NCBI RefSeq assembly: GCF_009834535.1
Contig: NC_045696.1
Span: 99,574,001 to 99,638,000, forward strand
DNA from: Camelus ferus
Lineage: Eukaryota
DNA: 64,000 bases
Direction of reading: 5' to 3'
Shown here: piece by piece, positions 12,721-26,040 of the stretch
Layout of the letters: each line of letters begins with the position of its first letter
How positions within the stretch are numbered: position 1 is the stretch's first letter
Notes under the pieces: generated by a model
Databases searched by the model: none
Seen by the model: only the letters and a program-made list of their open reading frames with translations
Told to the model about the DNA's origin: nothing
Translations under genes and position numbers: made by a program

Positions 12721-14480
12721 GTCCACCCCCTGTCACGGCACCTCTCTCCTTGGAACACATCTTCTTAAATCTCATTTAACCTCCAAAGACAACAAAGGCA
12801 TATTTCTGCTGAATGTGATACAATATCTTGAGAACAACTAAAGACAAACTAATCTTTTCCTTTAAGAGATGAAAAGTCCTTGGCTGATGTTCACTCTCTT
12901 CCTTTGACTTCCTATAGCTTAAATACTATAAGATAAGGTTAACTATTATTAATACATTTTGGTAGATGATAAAGGGACAATGGATGGAGGCAAAAAAAAG
13001 TTTTATAAATATATATACAAATATTCGTAACAAACTGAGAACAACATACTCATAATGATTATAATCTTTTTTCTATGGTGATCCTGTACTTCTTTGTCCT
13101 CAGCTGGTTATAGTTCTTTACATGGTGGCATGAGCCAGAACCTTCATTCCTGACAGGTTTGAGCCATTAGAAGTCCTACCTGCATTGGATCATCATAGTT
13201 TTCTACTGACTTTAATTAGGGAATATGGTAATACTGAGATGCCCTAAGGGATCTTCTGTATTCTGGACATACTCTTCCTTAACTCCGTTGTGTAATAGCA
13301 AACCAATTTACCTTTCACCCTAGCCAACAAAGTAACCCACTTCTTTGCCTGTTACTTCAGATGCATGAGGAGCCCAAAGTGACCCTCTGACAGTCTTAAC
13401 TTACAGTTCAACAGAATTATCTCTATGTGTCCTGGCAAAAGCAACTTCCCCTTTGGGATAAAACTTCTAGACTAGCACAGCATAAGATCATGGAGACAGG
13501 AAGAAAATAATTTTGCCAGTGGACCACTATAAGTAATAGTGAAGGGTACCACTCTTGTTTTCACTTTTTGATGCTGGACCTGTGAATCCTGGCTACAGGA
13601 GAAAGAGCATAATATTTTAGATGCTAATTAAGAGCATATGCAACACTCTGGAACTTGCCTAAGTCCCCAGGATTTTGTCACTTAGCTGGCACTATAGCTG
13701 AGTCTTCAAAAGCCGTCCCCATTATTCTGGCCAGCCAACTGCTTCAGGATGATGGGGAATGTGATAAGACCAAGAAATTCCATAAACATTGCCCTAGTGA
13801 TGCACTTCATTTGCTGTGAAGTGAGCTCCTCGATCAGAAACAACCTATGTGAAAATCATGATGGTGGATAAGGCATTTTGTAAGTCCATGGTTGGTAGTT
13901 TTGGCAGAAGCATTGTGTTCATGGAGAGAAAATCAATATTTAAAATGTGTCATTTTTAGTAGACTCAAAAAGTGCTCTTAAGATTGACATAGTCCAATGT
14001 AGTCAGTCTATCACCAGGTAGCTGGCTGATCACTCCAGGGTAATAGGGGACTCAGTGTTGGTGCCCATTGCTGGGCGATTAAGCACTCAACAATGGCTGT
14101 GCCCACGCCAGTTTTGGTGAGAGGAAGTTTATGTTGCTAAGCCTATGCATAATTTCCATCTCTGAAACCATGGCCACTTCGTTCACAAGCCCACTGGGCA
14201 ATGACAAGAGCAGCTGGGGAAAGAGACTCACTGGTATCCACAGAATAGGTCATCCTTTGCAACTGATTATTAAAATCCTCCTTTGCTGAGGTCACTCTTT
14301 GGTGAGCATTCACATGGGACACAAATATCTTCACATTCATTGTTCATTCAAAGAGGTCTATTCACATCTCTCTGCCAGATCTCCATGTTGTCAAATTTCA
14401 AATTGTGTTTCTTCCCAGCTTCCTAATTATTCAGCCAAACTGTGGCCGAATGCCATGAATTCACATCGACTCTCACCATA
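12721..14480 (-). mobile_element. ERVL internal remnant (pol RNase H/integrase to 3' untranslated region)
   Basis: ORF 14143-14340(-) VKIFVSHVNAHQRVTSAKEDFNNQ...VIAQWACERSGHGFRDG resembles the ERVL pol RNase H end and integrase N-terminus. The reading frame is disrupted, and the PPT ggggtggac sits at the LTR junction. Confidence 0.9.
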
Positions 14481-14481
14481 C

Positions 14482-15190
14482 TTCAACAACATAACTTTAT
14501 TTCCTTACAGTTCCAGGTCAAAAGTCTGATACTGTCTCATAGGCTAAAGTAGAGAATTTCAAGTAGGACTGCATTCTTTTCTGTAATCTCTGTGGAGGAT
14601 CTGTTTCCTTGGTTTTCCAGGTTCTGGAGGTTGCTCCTATTCCTTAACTTGTAGATCTCTTTCCTTATCTCCAAAGCTAGCAAAGGTGAATCAAGTCCTT
14701 ATCACATCCTTCACATGGCATCACTCTGACCCCTTCCATAGTCATGTCTCCCTCTGACTCTCTTCTCCTTCTTTTCTTCCCTTTGAAGGACCTTTGTAAC
14801 CCACCCACATAATACAAGGTAATCTCTTTATCTCAGGTCCTTAATTCAATCACACTTGCAAAGTCTCCTTCCCCACATAAGGTACCATATTCATAGCTTC
14901 CAGAGACTAGGATGTTTTACTATCACAGTTTATCCTTTGTACCCCAAAGATTCAAATCCATCCTATATTCAAAATGTATTCGGCCTATTCCATGGTGCAC
15001 AATATCTCAATCCATTATAGCATCAACTCAAAATCCAACATCTCATCTAATTCTCATCGGCATAAAAGCTCCTAAACAAATCATCATTGAAATCATCTAA
15101 ATTACGTATAAGTATACTGCATCTTGGTGCAAAATTCCTCTCCATTTGTAGGCCTGTGAAACTAGAAAATGAATTGTTCCCAAAATGCCA
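14482..15190 (-). mobile_element. MLT1 (D/E-like) LTR 14482-14927 with adjoining MLT1 internal fragment 14928-15190
   Basis: LTR motifs aggttctggaggttgc, ttaattcaatcacacttgcaaagtc and ctatcaca, followed by MaLR-internal-like ccccaaagattca...atccattatagcatcaactcaaaatcc...ggcctgtgaaactagaaaa. Confidence 0.8.
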
Positions 15191-15247
15191 CATTTACATT
15201 TTTAGGTATTTGCTAGAGCAATACTGTACTTCTCAGATACCAAAATG

Positions 15248-15635
15248 TGTGTCAGTCAGGGCTCAACCAGAAAACTAGAACCAGTAGGAGACAAGTATTA
15301 AGAGATACAAGGAATATTTTTATGGGTAAGATAAGTCTGAAACTCATAGGGCAGGCCATCAGAAAGGGCAGGCTCTGCCTCTAGGGCGTGGGCTGAAGCT
15401 GCTGTCCACATGTGGAATTTCTTCTTCTTCCAAGAAGCCTCATCTGATTTTAAGCACTTTCAGCTGATTGAATCGAGCTCACCAGTATTATTTAGGATAA
15501 TCTTAAAGTTACCCACTGAATGGTTTTAGTCACATTTACAGGATATCTTCACAGCAATACATAGGTTAATGTTTTATTAATAACTGTGGATGGATAGTAG
15601 CCTAGCCAAGTAGACACATTAAAAAGACCATCACA
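15248..15635 (-). mobile_element. MLT2 solo LTR
   Basis: Runs tgtgtcagtcagggctcaaccag ... tagcctagccaagtagacacat...accatcaca with TG...CA ends. Flanked by 5-bp aaatg / agatg (4 of 5 match, the ERVL TSD length). Confidence 0.85.
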
Positions 15636-18600
15636 AGATGGTAAGTGTCAATATGACCTTCCTTATCTTAATCCCTGCTCAGGCATTTACTAACTAAGAC
15701 ACTAAGGAACTTAATAAAAATTTCTAGCCACAATTTTCAAACATTTAAAAAGGAATAGTAACATCTTTATGGCATAGTATAAGGGTGAATACTATAAATT
15801 GTTGACAATGGTGTAGTTATTTAATCAACATTGATTTTTCTGGTTTCTTAGTTTTCTCAAAAGTAGAAAACAGAGTCTGTGAAACCTTTTATGGACCACT
15901 CCCAGAATTCATTATGTTAGTTACAGGCATTTAATTAGGACCTCTAACACTGTATTGCAATTATTTGTTTACTTCTGTCTTTTTTCTGATCAGTGTGCAA
16001 AGCTGTAGAGTTCCTAAGTCATTTCCCATCTTAGTTCCTCCTGTTTCTCGTCTACCCTTAGACAAGGGTGCAGCCTAGGGATTAGAAACTGTCCCTTTCA
16101 CTTCTTTGAAGTTTAACTATTAAAACATCATATTCATAGCAATAATCCTGAGGTATTTTTCATGACAACGAGGACGATGATGATGATCATATTAATGACT
16201 ATTTGCTATATTTTGACAAATATGACTGAGCACAACATATCTGACAGGCAATGGAGACACAAATCAACAGGACAAGTGACCCCAAGTGAATCAGAGTCTA
16301 AAGGTGAGACAAATATTAAACAAATAAACTGATACGTTAAAATAATAGCAAAGCTAACAGTTCTAGAGTATGTGGTGTTCTCAGTGCAGCTTTAAGCACT
16401 TTAACTCTACTAACCCAATTAAAGAGTATGAGATGCTATGTTTAAAGAAAGATTAATGGAGACACAAAAGATTCAGACTACATGAAAAGTTAATGGAGCA
16501 AGACATTCTACTAATCTATTTCAGAATAATGATTCCTAAGCTCTATTTTAAAATTCCATTAAAGGTAGCTTGTGGTTCAAACAGAAACAGCTGTATTGTT
16601 CTACAATTTCTGACAATTAAAGTTGAACCCGTTCGACCTCACTATTGAACTCTGAGAGGAACAAAAATGACAGGAAAATATTTAAAAAGGAAAAAAAAAT
16701 ACTCAGCGAAGACAGTACACTGGCAATGGAACCGAAGTTCAACCTTCGTGCTTTTGTGGAGCATAGCAATTGAGCACAAGAGTCTCGCTGCCACGTTGGG
16801 GCTGGGTATGGTACGGGATAAATCAAGCACACCCTACGTACGGTGATTAAAATGAAATCCGTTTACTGGTATATGTTTCCTGGCTTCTGCCACTGCCAGG
16901 GTAATTGCCACTGCCAAGGCTTTATGTTCAATGAACTCAGTCAGCCCATCCAAAAAGTCACATGTTGATGCTGCGAGGTGCCAAGCAAAGGGGAGAGTTT
17001 CTGGGGAGCCTGGGAGGGGGGAAAGCTCAGACAAATGAGCGTTTTGGCAAGACAGAATCCCCTTTGGAAGCACCCCTACCTTTCAGAGAGCATACTGCAT
17101 TTTGCTAGGAACAAGTCCCGACTGTGTTCCTTACTAGAAATCCCTGGTAAGCTTTACCATCACTGAGAACGTGGGTCTGATGGTGGCAAAAATTCTCTTA
17201 ATGAGTGCCTACAATCTCTAAGATGAGTTTTCAAGATGATCACATATTCAAAACATCTTTTGTTGTCATTTCTCTCTTCAAATAAAAACTTTCCAAATTC
17301 TCTAGTGTCTTGCTAAATAGTCCCATATTTATTTCCTGCCTCAAAGTTAGAATATATAAAGAGTAAAAAAAAAAAAAAGAGTATATAAAAAGAGTGTGTA
17401 ACAAAACAATGGACAGATAAATAAAGGCTTTTTATAGTTACACTTAAGTTTATTTTAAGATGGGCACTTATTTTTACCTTTTACATGAAGATGATTTTTT
17501 TGTTCTCTTGATTTTCACCAAGGCACGCAGAGGCATTTTAGTCACCTTGTTCCTTTCCATAGAACTAAACACAAGAGTTTCCTATCTTCTTATTCCAGCT
17601 TCCCCAAAATGGATATAATGTTCCACTAAGTTTTTATTACTCTACTGCTTCGGCATGTTGTCTTGTATTGTCACACTTGCTTTCTTGAAAGCATGAGAAT
17701 ATGGTTGCTACAGACACCACTAAATATGTCTTTCATTTATTCAGCTGGTAGAAGACAGAGAACAAGAGCTGAGATTTAGCAAAGAGACTTTGTATTGACA
17801 GATCTCTTTATCATCCATTCTTGCAACATGTCGTGCCTTGAATCCTTAGTATGAGTTTGATAAATGATTGTGTTACGATTCAATTTTCTTGCTAAAATAT
17901 TTTCCTGGAAATTGTGAATGGATACAGATTCAAGACATCAGTACCTCCAAAATAAGAAGTGTTAGATTTGACCATCTAGGGAATTAATATTTAAGTTTTA
18001 AGCTCATATGAACATAAATCAACAGCTATGTCATGGCTCTTTCTAGGCTCAGGGATAAAAATGAAGCCTAGAATTGTTGTGTGTGTGGGGGAGGGGGGTT
18101 AATTTTTCTTTTATGTTGTCATTGTGTGGAGAAATTGTGTTTAACCAAGAAAAAAACAAGTCTGTAGATCCTAGATTTGTTTGTGCAAGAAGTCATTTAT
18201 AATATTAATACTCAATACTTTATATTACTACAAAAAGAAGCAATACAATTTTAAATCAAATTAAAATTTAAATTAAATTTTGCATTAAAAACATCACTTC
18301 CGATGGGAAGAAATACAGCTTCTGTGTCCTCCCTTGCTGTTTTATAACCTTTTCTCTTCCCTATCATCCTAATCAACACAAGAGACAAGGCTTTCTGAGA
18401 CGATGGAAGTTTCAATAAAAATGTGTCTGAACTAGTAATTTCTAGTAGTTTTTAAAGTTAAGGAAAAAGTGATCTAACCTAGTTAAGAGTTTAATCATCT
18501 TACTGAGGTATTAATAAAAAAAAGACTGAAGAGATACTCACTCCAGCTTTCAAAGCAATTTCCCCCTTTAATTCCAGAGTCAAGAAACAAACTGAATCTG

Positions 18601-19075
18601 TGAGGGAAATTTTTTTTCCCCTGACTCACTCTCTCTTCCACCTCACCCACCTCCAGTGGTCTATGCCCACCCACAGTTAAATTGCTAATCCCCCTTTCCC
18701 TTCTTTTTAAGTAAGTCATTGTTTGAGAGACATCTTGACAAAATTAAGCTTACAGAGAAAACTGTATTTTCATTGTTTTTGTTTATCCTAGGTTGTTGAA
18801 ATTCCTGGGGTGTTCTGTCTGTCACTGTTGTTAAAGTTAGCCACTGCCATTAACCTTGTTTGTACTGTTTTGATTATTTTTGGGGATTGGCTTGAATATA
18901 CGTGCTTATAAGGAATGAATAAATCTTCTCTTTTCCAATTGAACTACTCTATTACTTTCTTTTTGAAAATGAAAGATTTTTGTTCCCTTCATTTAAATAG
19001 CCTGTTCTCTGATTTTGCTAATCAGATCCTCTTGTCTTCTTGAGGTGACGTCCAGACACCAAAACATTGTGTCTA

Positions 19076-19353
19076 TAGAATACAGACTGGTGGTTGCCAC
19101 GCGGGAGGGGAGTGGGAAGGGATAAACTGGGAGTTGGAGATTTGCAGATACTGACACGTGTATATAAAACAGATTTTAGAAGTTTATACCGTGTAGCACA
19201 GGGAAATATATTCAATATCGTGTAGTAGCTCACGGTGGAAAAGAATATGAACATGAATATCTGTATATTCATGTATAACTGAAGAATTATGCTGTACACC
19301 AGAAATTGACACATTGTAAATTGACTATAACTCAATAAAAAATAGTAAAAATG
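19076..19353 (+). mobile_element. Young 5'-truncated L1 (camelid-type 3' UTR)
   Basis: cagactggtggttgcc...gtagcacagggaaatatattcaatatc...gctgtacaccagaaattgacacattgtaa...aataaaa. Flanking repeats aaacattgtgtcta 19062-19075 and aaacataatgtcta 19354-19367 match at 12 of 14 positions. Confidence 0.92.
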
Positions 19354-19589
19354 AAACATAATGTCTAACAATAACTTAACAAGATTTTCACGTAATTCGA
19401 ATATTCATATTTTCCCTTGTTTCAATCCTTGCAAACACAGCTTAATTTTAACCTTGATTGCCTTTGGTCTGGGGTTAGAGAGAGAAGTACAGAAAGTATG
19501 TACACAGAAGGTGGATCACATAAAAGTCATCACTCCTCTTCTTAAAGGTAGTTATTACAGCAGGATCTATGAAGTCTTGAGGCACCTCA

Positions 19590-20280
19590 GCTCCTACATC
19601 CAATTGATTAGTAAGTCCTATTGGATTCCTTCTGGGATGCACCCCATCCACGTAGACCACTGCCCTCCATACAAGCCTCCATTATTGGTCACCTAGCTTC
19701 CGAACTGCCCTCACCTTCCATGCATGACTTCCTTTATAATCCATTCCATACATGACGCCAGAGAGACAAGTTAGATCACTCCATACCTGAGCACAGAATC
19801 CATCAGCAACTGCTCCATCAGATTTTGCATTTCAGACCTAAAAAGCCCTGCATAATCTTGTTGTGACCTTCCTATCTCTCTGATTTAACCTCATACCAAG
19901 CTCTCCTGTGCACTCTGCCTTGGTACCTACCTGTCTCTCCCTAGGACAGACCAAGCATGGAGTTGACCCATGGTTTCTTCATGGTTTTCCTTCTGCTTGG
20001 CTCTAGCTTAGCCGGATAAGCCATGAATGCCTCCTCCTCCTCATTCAAAAACCCCCTCATTCCTGCATCCTGGAGAGTTATTTCTGATGATCCAGCCCAA
20101 TTGCTCTCTATGAAGATTAGCACCACCCAGTTTTGTGGCCTTCGTAGCTTGTATCACCAGACCTTTCTTTATCCATTCACTCACTTAGTCTGTTTTCTCC
20201 TGTACAATGTAAGACATGACAGCACAGCCTACATTCTTACTCCTCACCCCGACATCTGATACATAGTAAGTATATTACAA
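19590..20280 (+). mobile_element. LINE-2 fragment
   Basis: ctacatccaattgattagtaagtcct...aatccattccatacatgacgccagag...aaagccctgcataatct...catctgatacatagtaag. Confidence 0.6.
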
Positions 20281-22342
20281 ATGGAACCTGAGATTAGAAT
20301 GAAGCGAAGAGGTTGGGTCTGAAAACTGAGAGTAAGTAGCTGTATGTTACGAATATTGCTACCATTATGAATATGATTACCATCCTAAGTTGACACTAAT
20401 AAAATTTATTCTTCATTACATAAAAAGTCCGCAACACATAATGTCGAAAATGATGTGCATTTGTGATAAAATTAAAGAGAACTAGAAATCTGAAATAGCT
20501 AATAGATGATCCTATCTTATAATGTCTGTTTGTAGTCCCCTTTGAATGGATGGAGCCTATTGGAGGGGGCTGGTGAAAGGCAGGCGACGCCCCTGGTGAA
20601 TGTAGAGCTAGACAGAAACTTCTGTTGATACGCGGGACTGGGTGGGAGAGGGTCTTCCCTCAAGAGTTGCTCATTTCCCGGAAATTAGTTTACCTTATGT
20701 TCATCCATCTGGGGTGTGACGGCTAATTCATTTTCTCTTTAAAAGAAATTACAATTCTGGCACAGGTCTTCATGCTTTGCTTAAATCTTCCATTTTCAGT
20801 CTTACTGAATGTTGATTTTTCAATACACCCTGAGAAGATGATATAGATATTTTCAAACCTAGCTTTCATGAAACCCTGATTTTTCTAAGAGGAATTTTAG
20901 GATGTTTAAACTGTACCCAGGCCTCTGGTTCAAGCTTCCAAGGGTGGAGGAGGGAACTGGGGTAATATTGTATTTTGATAACAGAAGCATTTGTTCTTCA
21001 TAGAATTCTGAAGAGTAGAAGCTATGTGATCCCCTCGTGATAGGCAACTCAACCAAGAGTTCCTGGTAGACGTCTGCCCTTTGTGGCAGGCTGCTGTAGG
21101 CATTCTTCTGTGGGATTCAGATCCTTAAATGAATCCCGGAAATTCTGTTGTCAGCCAGAAAGTGGGAGAATATGGTTCATCTGCAATTCACATAGGGCCC
21201 AATAAAAATCATTTGGTTATTATGTCTGATAGGCCAGGTTAATTTATACTTGCATTTCAAAGAATGGCTCCAAAATATCTATATTCTACTGTTTTTATCA
21301 TTATGATGGTTAGAGAATATGTATCTTATTTTATTTATATTGTTTTCTTCTACATAATGAGTGTATAATTATGTAGTTCATATCCCCTAAAACCTCTCCT
21401 CTCACACTACCCCTGATTCTCACTTCCTTTGTTATTATGGAATAATAATTCCAAAAATCTCTAATTTACCTAATAATACATACCTCTTATCTGGATGACA
21501 GGTATAGAACATATCTGCTTTCAAGTTTTAATTAACATATACTGCAACTGTGGAGAGTGTACTGTGTTCCAAATCCATCTGCTACAGTGTATTAACACCT
21601 AGGAAACTGGCCAGCCCCAGCTGAGGGCACATACAAAGTAAAGATTATACAGTTAAACCTGGAAGCCACCTGTAGAAGCAGGGCTAATTCTGAAAGAAGC
21701 TTGTCCTGACAAACATCACTCCAAATACAAGCCATTTTGGCTTTTATGATGTGTTGTTTGTTTTTGCTGATGTCTCATTTTGATGGTCTAGATGGTTAAG
21801 AGAGGGACCCAAACCTTCCAAATAACCCTAGAGAAGGTAAGCTTTCCAAAACACAGAAGACCTTTCCCTCTCAAAGCTTCAGGCCTGAGAAGAGCAAGGC
21901 TCCAATTCATGGCTTATTTATTAACCTTCATCCTTTAATATGTGCTGAGATTTAAGTCCTGACTCTTTCCCATAATTGATTCCTTGGGCGAGATGACTAG
22001 ATGACATTTATATATTGGATAACCTCAGCTTTTCTGTAGTACACAAATTTTAAACATTAATTTTAATCACTTGAGCAATAAAGATGTCATCCTATTACCT
22101 TTATTTCACTGTTTAGAATCTCCACAAAACAATAAAATCACCCTTAAAACAAAGCCTTCCCTATTTAAGTAACTAAAAAGGTGGAAAGTCACTGCCTGAA
22201 ATCAGATGTTAGTCAGTTAAAAGTTCAAAACGGTCCTCCTTTCAGGGTGAACATATTTAAAATGTTTGCATTTCATGTGGGGTGAGGCAATGATATGAAC
22301 ATAGCTTTGGTTTCAAAAGGCTGAAGCTTTTAATTCTCTAAT

Positions 22343-22344
<2 letters not shown>

Positions 22345-22390
<46 letters not shown>
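22345..22390. repeat. (TG)23 microsatellite
   Basis: Perfect TG run read directly from the sequence. Confidence 0.98.
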
Positions 22391-22392
<2 letters not shown>

Positions 22393-25149
22393 GATCCCAC
22401 TGATTTCAAGCTTCCAGAAGATGAGGAAACAATACTCTACCAATCCTCCATTAAGTGATTTTAAAAAATGTATACACAAATGCAGGATAGGTGAAGGGAA
22501 ATGTCTCCTAGGTCTCTTCTTACCTCTCTTTTTTTGTTTTATTTTTTATTGAAGTATAGTTGATTTAAAAGATAAATGAAGGCAACATTTACGTCTTAGT
22601 TTCACATGATTCTGGTAAATGTATGGGGTCATCAGATTGTTCTATTATCATAGGATTGATCATGAAAGAAAAAAAAAAAAACTTCTATCATTTTTCCAAA
22701 ATGACAAAATCTTGGAGCTCCTGACATAAAAACTCATTCATTTTTAATTAATATTTGATGTTTCATGAAAAAAGGAAACTCTCTTTTCTTCTCATCTGTG
22801 AATATTCCCTTTTACTGTTCTTTTCCTTGCTTTGTGTTGGTGATTGTCATTTCAATGATAACTGGTTAGTTTATTCATGAGGTTGTTTTCTCACGATGCT
22901 ACAATTTTAGTAAAACTTAATGGAGAGGTTTAAAGTCATTATTATGAAACATAATGGTTTATTTAATAATTCCCTTAAATCTTATCTCAAAGGAACTTTT
23001 TATAGGTCACCTACTCCGAGAAACTTTGGTCTCTCTACCCTAGGATGTATATGTAGTTGATTGCTTTCTTTCTATGGCTTAATAGATACACTGATGGTAA
23101 TTCTCATTATACTGATTATAATGATTCCTCTTCATGTCTGTCTTCTCCATAAGTCTGAGCTCTGAATGGTAGGGTTTTTAAAAATATATCTACATGTAGA
23201 TATGTGAACAATGCCTAGCATATACTAGACAATAATAAGTACATATTTGTTGAAATAAATGTTTTAATTTCCTTAATGTCAGTTTTCCAGATTATAAAAT
23301 AATAAACCTTGTTGTAGAATATTTGAAAAACACCTAAAATACAAAGAATATTCATCACTTTTAACTCATCCTGAAATAGCCACTGCTAATTTTTACGCCG
23401 TAATTAACTGTTATTAAGTTTGATTTGTAGTTTGAGATGGACAAAGAAGGGCTTCCACAACCCCAAAATGCCCCCTTTTCCTGCCCTTGATTATGTGTTT
23501 CACATCTTACTTAATGGATTATATATTTTTTGAGGTTTCTCTTATCTGCTGGCTCTTTTGCCAGCAGATAAGAGGTCCATTTTGTCTGATTTGGGGTCCA
23601 TATTGTCTGCCTTAATTAGTTAATTTATTTTCGTGAAGTAAATAGTCATTGACCTCCTGCTATGTTTCAGGTACTATACTAGCCCTGGAAAAATAATACT
23701 GAGCAAACACACATACTCTGCCTTCATGGAATTTAGAGTTAGGGATGTAGATGATAACAACTTACAAAAGACTCAGATTTCAATTTACACAGTGTGATCC
23801 TATTGTAGGAGGATAAAGAAGAAGAAAATATGGATTATCTGCAAAGTTTCTAATCTAGACATTCACATCTGCCATTGCGTGTGTGTGTGCGTGTGTGTGT
23901 GTGTCTGCCTGCATGCTTTTCTTATTCTGATGGAAGTGTTTGCAATTTTATAGCTAACCTGAAATTTTCTAGCCATAAATTTAGGCATTCACCCCCTTCC
24001 CCCAATTAGATAATCTCTTGATTTCATTCCTGATTTGTTATTAATTTATTAAATAACCTCTAAGTAGAATCTAACCATCAAAATGCCTTCTTTTGGAAGA
24101 AATCATGTATTTTCAAAGGTTGAGAACAATGTATATTCACTTTTAAATTTCAATATCTTATATGGAGAAATAATATTAATAGTCCACATACACTTGAAAA
24201 TATTAGAAACAAGCCAAAACCAACTCAGTCTCAGAAACTCAGATATAGGTCTGCAGCTGAGAGCTGCTTTTCTGATACGACATTCTGTTCATAATAGAAT
24301 TGATAAGAGAAGCATTTATCTTTTGAACTTCTTTATCCCCCCAAAACATTTATTAAACTATGTTTTAAGTGACATTTCTTAGCAAAATTAAACATTCAGT
24401 GATAAAGAGGAAAGAGAATTGAGGGCAAAAGATCTTAAATTTAAGCCATCTCTAATAGATTTCCAAAATATATTATTAATTTTCTAAATTCTCATCAATC
24501 ATTGTACCTGGGTTACCTCATAATTTTTTTAAAAAGTAATTCTAGATAGTCTTTCCATTTTATTCCCCATAATACTAATTAGAAATGCCTGTGTGCTCCT
24601 TTACAGCTCGCTCACCTAGTCAATGCGAACAGGAAAGTGGAAAACTGGTGTTAATAAATGTAATGGTTTCTTTTGATTAAGTCTGAGAAAGGAAAAAAAA
24701 ATCTAAGCAACTCTAAATATTCCAAATAACTTAATGGAGAAGCAAAAATCAAAGAACAACCTCAGAACAACATTGCTGTTGATGTTGTCCGAGGGTTTCT
24801 TATAGAAATGTAGTGACTGGACACTTCAGAGGGTGATTTTGTGTGTTGTTTGGAAAACAAGTTGGAAACCTCAGGAATAATTAGGAGGCAAAAATTAGCA
24901 CATATATATATTTTGGTTGTATAGAGGTAAATTGTTACTTAAGGAGCTCATTTTTGTGTACCTGACTCTCAACTTTAAAATATTTTGTGTCCTTAATGTC
25001 CATGGTTTCATTTTCTGTTGATGAGATGTAACATTTATTTGCTCTCTTCTGTATAAAGAACACTATAGGGAGACAGGCAAAATCCTGAAAATACCTTAAG
25101 CATAGCCAACAAACATGATAATGCCTTCATTTTTTACTTTTGGTTAACC

Positions 25150-26040
25150 TATTTTTGACATTTTTAAACAAAGTTTCATTGAAATATAATATAAAGTTTC
25201 ATCAAAATGTAATATATAGAAAATTTCACATCAGTGAATTTTTACAAATGAATGTATCAATGAAACCATCACTGACACTGAGACAGAACCAACAATCTCC
25301 ATCATGCTACCTTCCAGTCCTTAATTCCCTCACCAAGGTAACCATTTTTCTAACACTTATCATCAGAGATAAATTTTGCCTGCTTTTGAACATTATATAA
25401 ATGGAATCAAACAGTAAGTTCTCTATTGTGTCTGCCTGCTTTTACTCAATATTTTACTTTTGAGATTTGTCCATGTTGTTAACTATAACAATAGCACATT
25501 TCTTTTTATTGCTAGAAAGTAGAGGTCACAAACTTTCTCTATCAAAGGTATATACAATAAATATTTCATGTTTTTTAGGCCACATGGTCTCTGTTGTAAC
25601 TACTTAATTCTACCACTGTAGTAAGTTGGAGCATGAGAGGAGCCAGGCAATGTGTAAATGAATAGATGTTTCTGTGTTCTAATAAAGTTTTATTTGCAGT
25701 ATCAGAAGGCCAGATTTGGTCCATGGACCTTACTTTGCCAACTCATGCTGTAGAGTACTCTACTGTAAGAGTAATACTAAAATTTATTTATCCAAATTAC
25801 TATTGGTTAAGGATGATTAAAAAAAACCTTCTGGGACGCATTTTGATGTAATACATATGCATTTTGGTTGTGTATATCCTGAATTATGCAACTGCCAGGT
25901 GATAGGGTAGGCTTATGTTCAGCTTTGATGGACGCTACCAGCTTTCCAAATTTACACCCACAAGTAATGCATGAGAGTTCCAGTTGCTCCACTTCTCCAC
26001 TAATACTTGGTACTGTCAATTTTTAATGGGGTATAGTGAC
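25150..26040 (-). mobile_element. Old L1 (L1ME-like) 3' end interrupted by MER58
   Basis: ttttgcctgcttttgaacattatataaatggaatc...tttactcaatatt...gagatttgtccatgttgt; resumes after MER58 with gagagttccagttgctccac. Confidence 0.8.
25520..25747 (-). mobile_element. MER58A-like hAT-Charlie non-autonomous DNA transposon
   Basis: Degenerate terminal inverted repeats (tagaggtcacaaac ... tttgccaactcatg) and internal motifs ggtctctgttgtaactactt, ttctaataaagttttattt and ggccagatttgg. Confidence 0.85.

Noticed and set aside
20584..20600. CTCF-like site gcgacgcccctggtgaa
   Set aside because: One base short of the CCACCAGGGGGCG core spacing; the similar site near 21074-21090 has the same defect.
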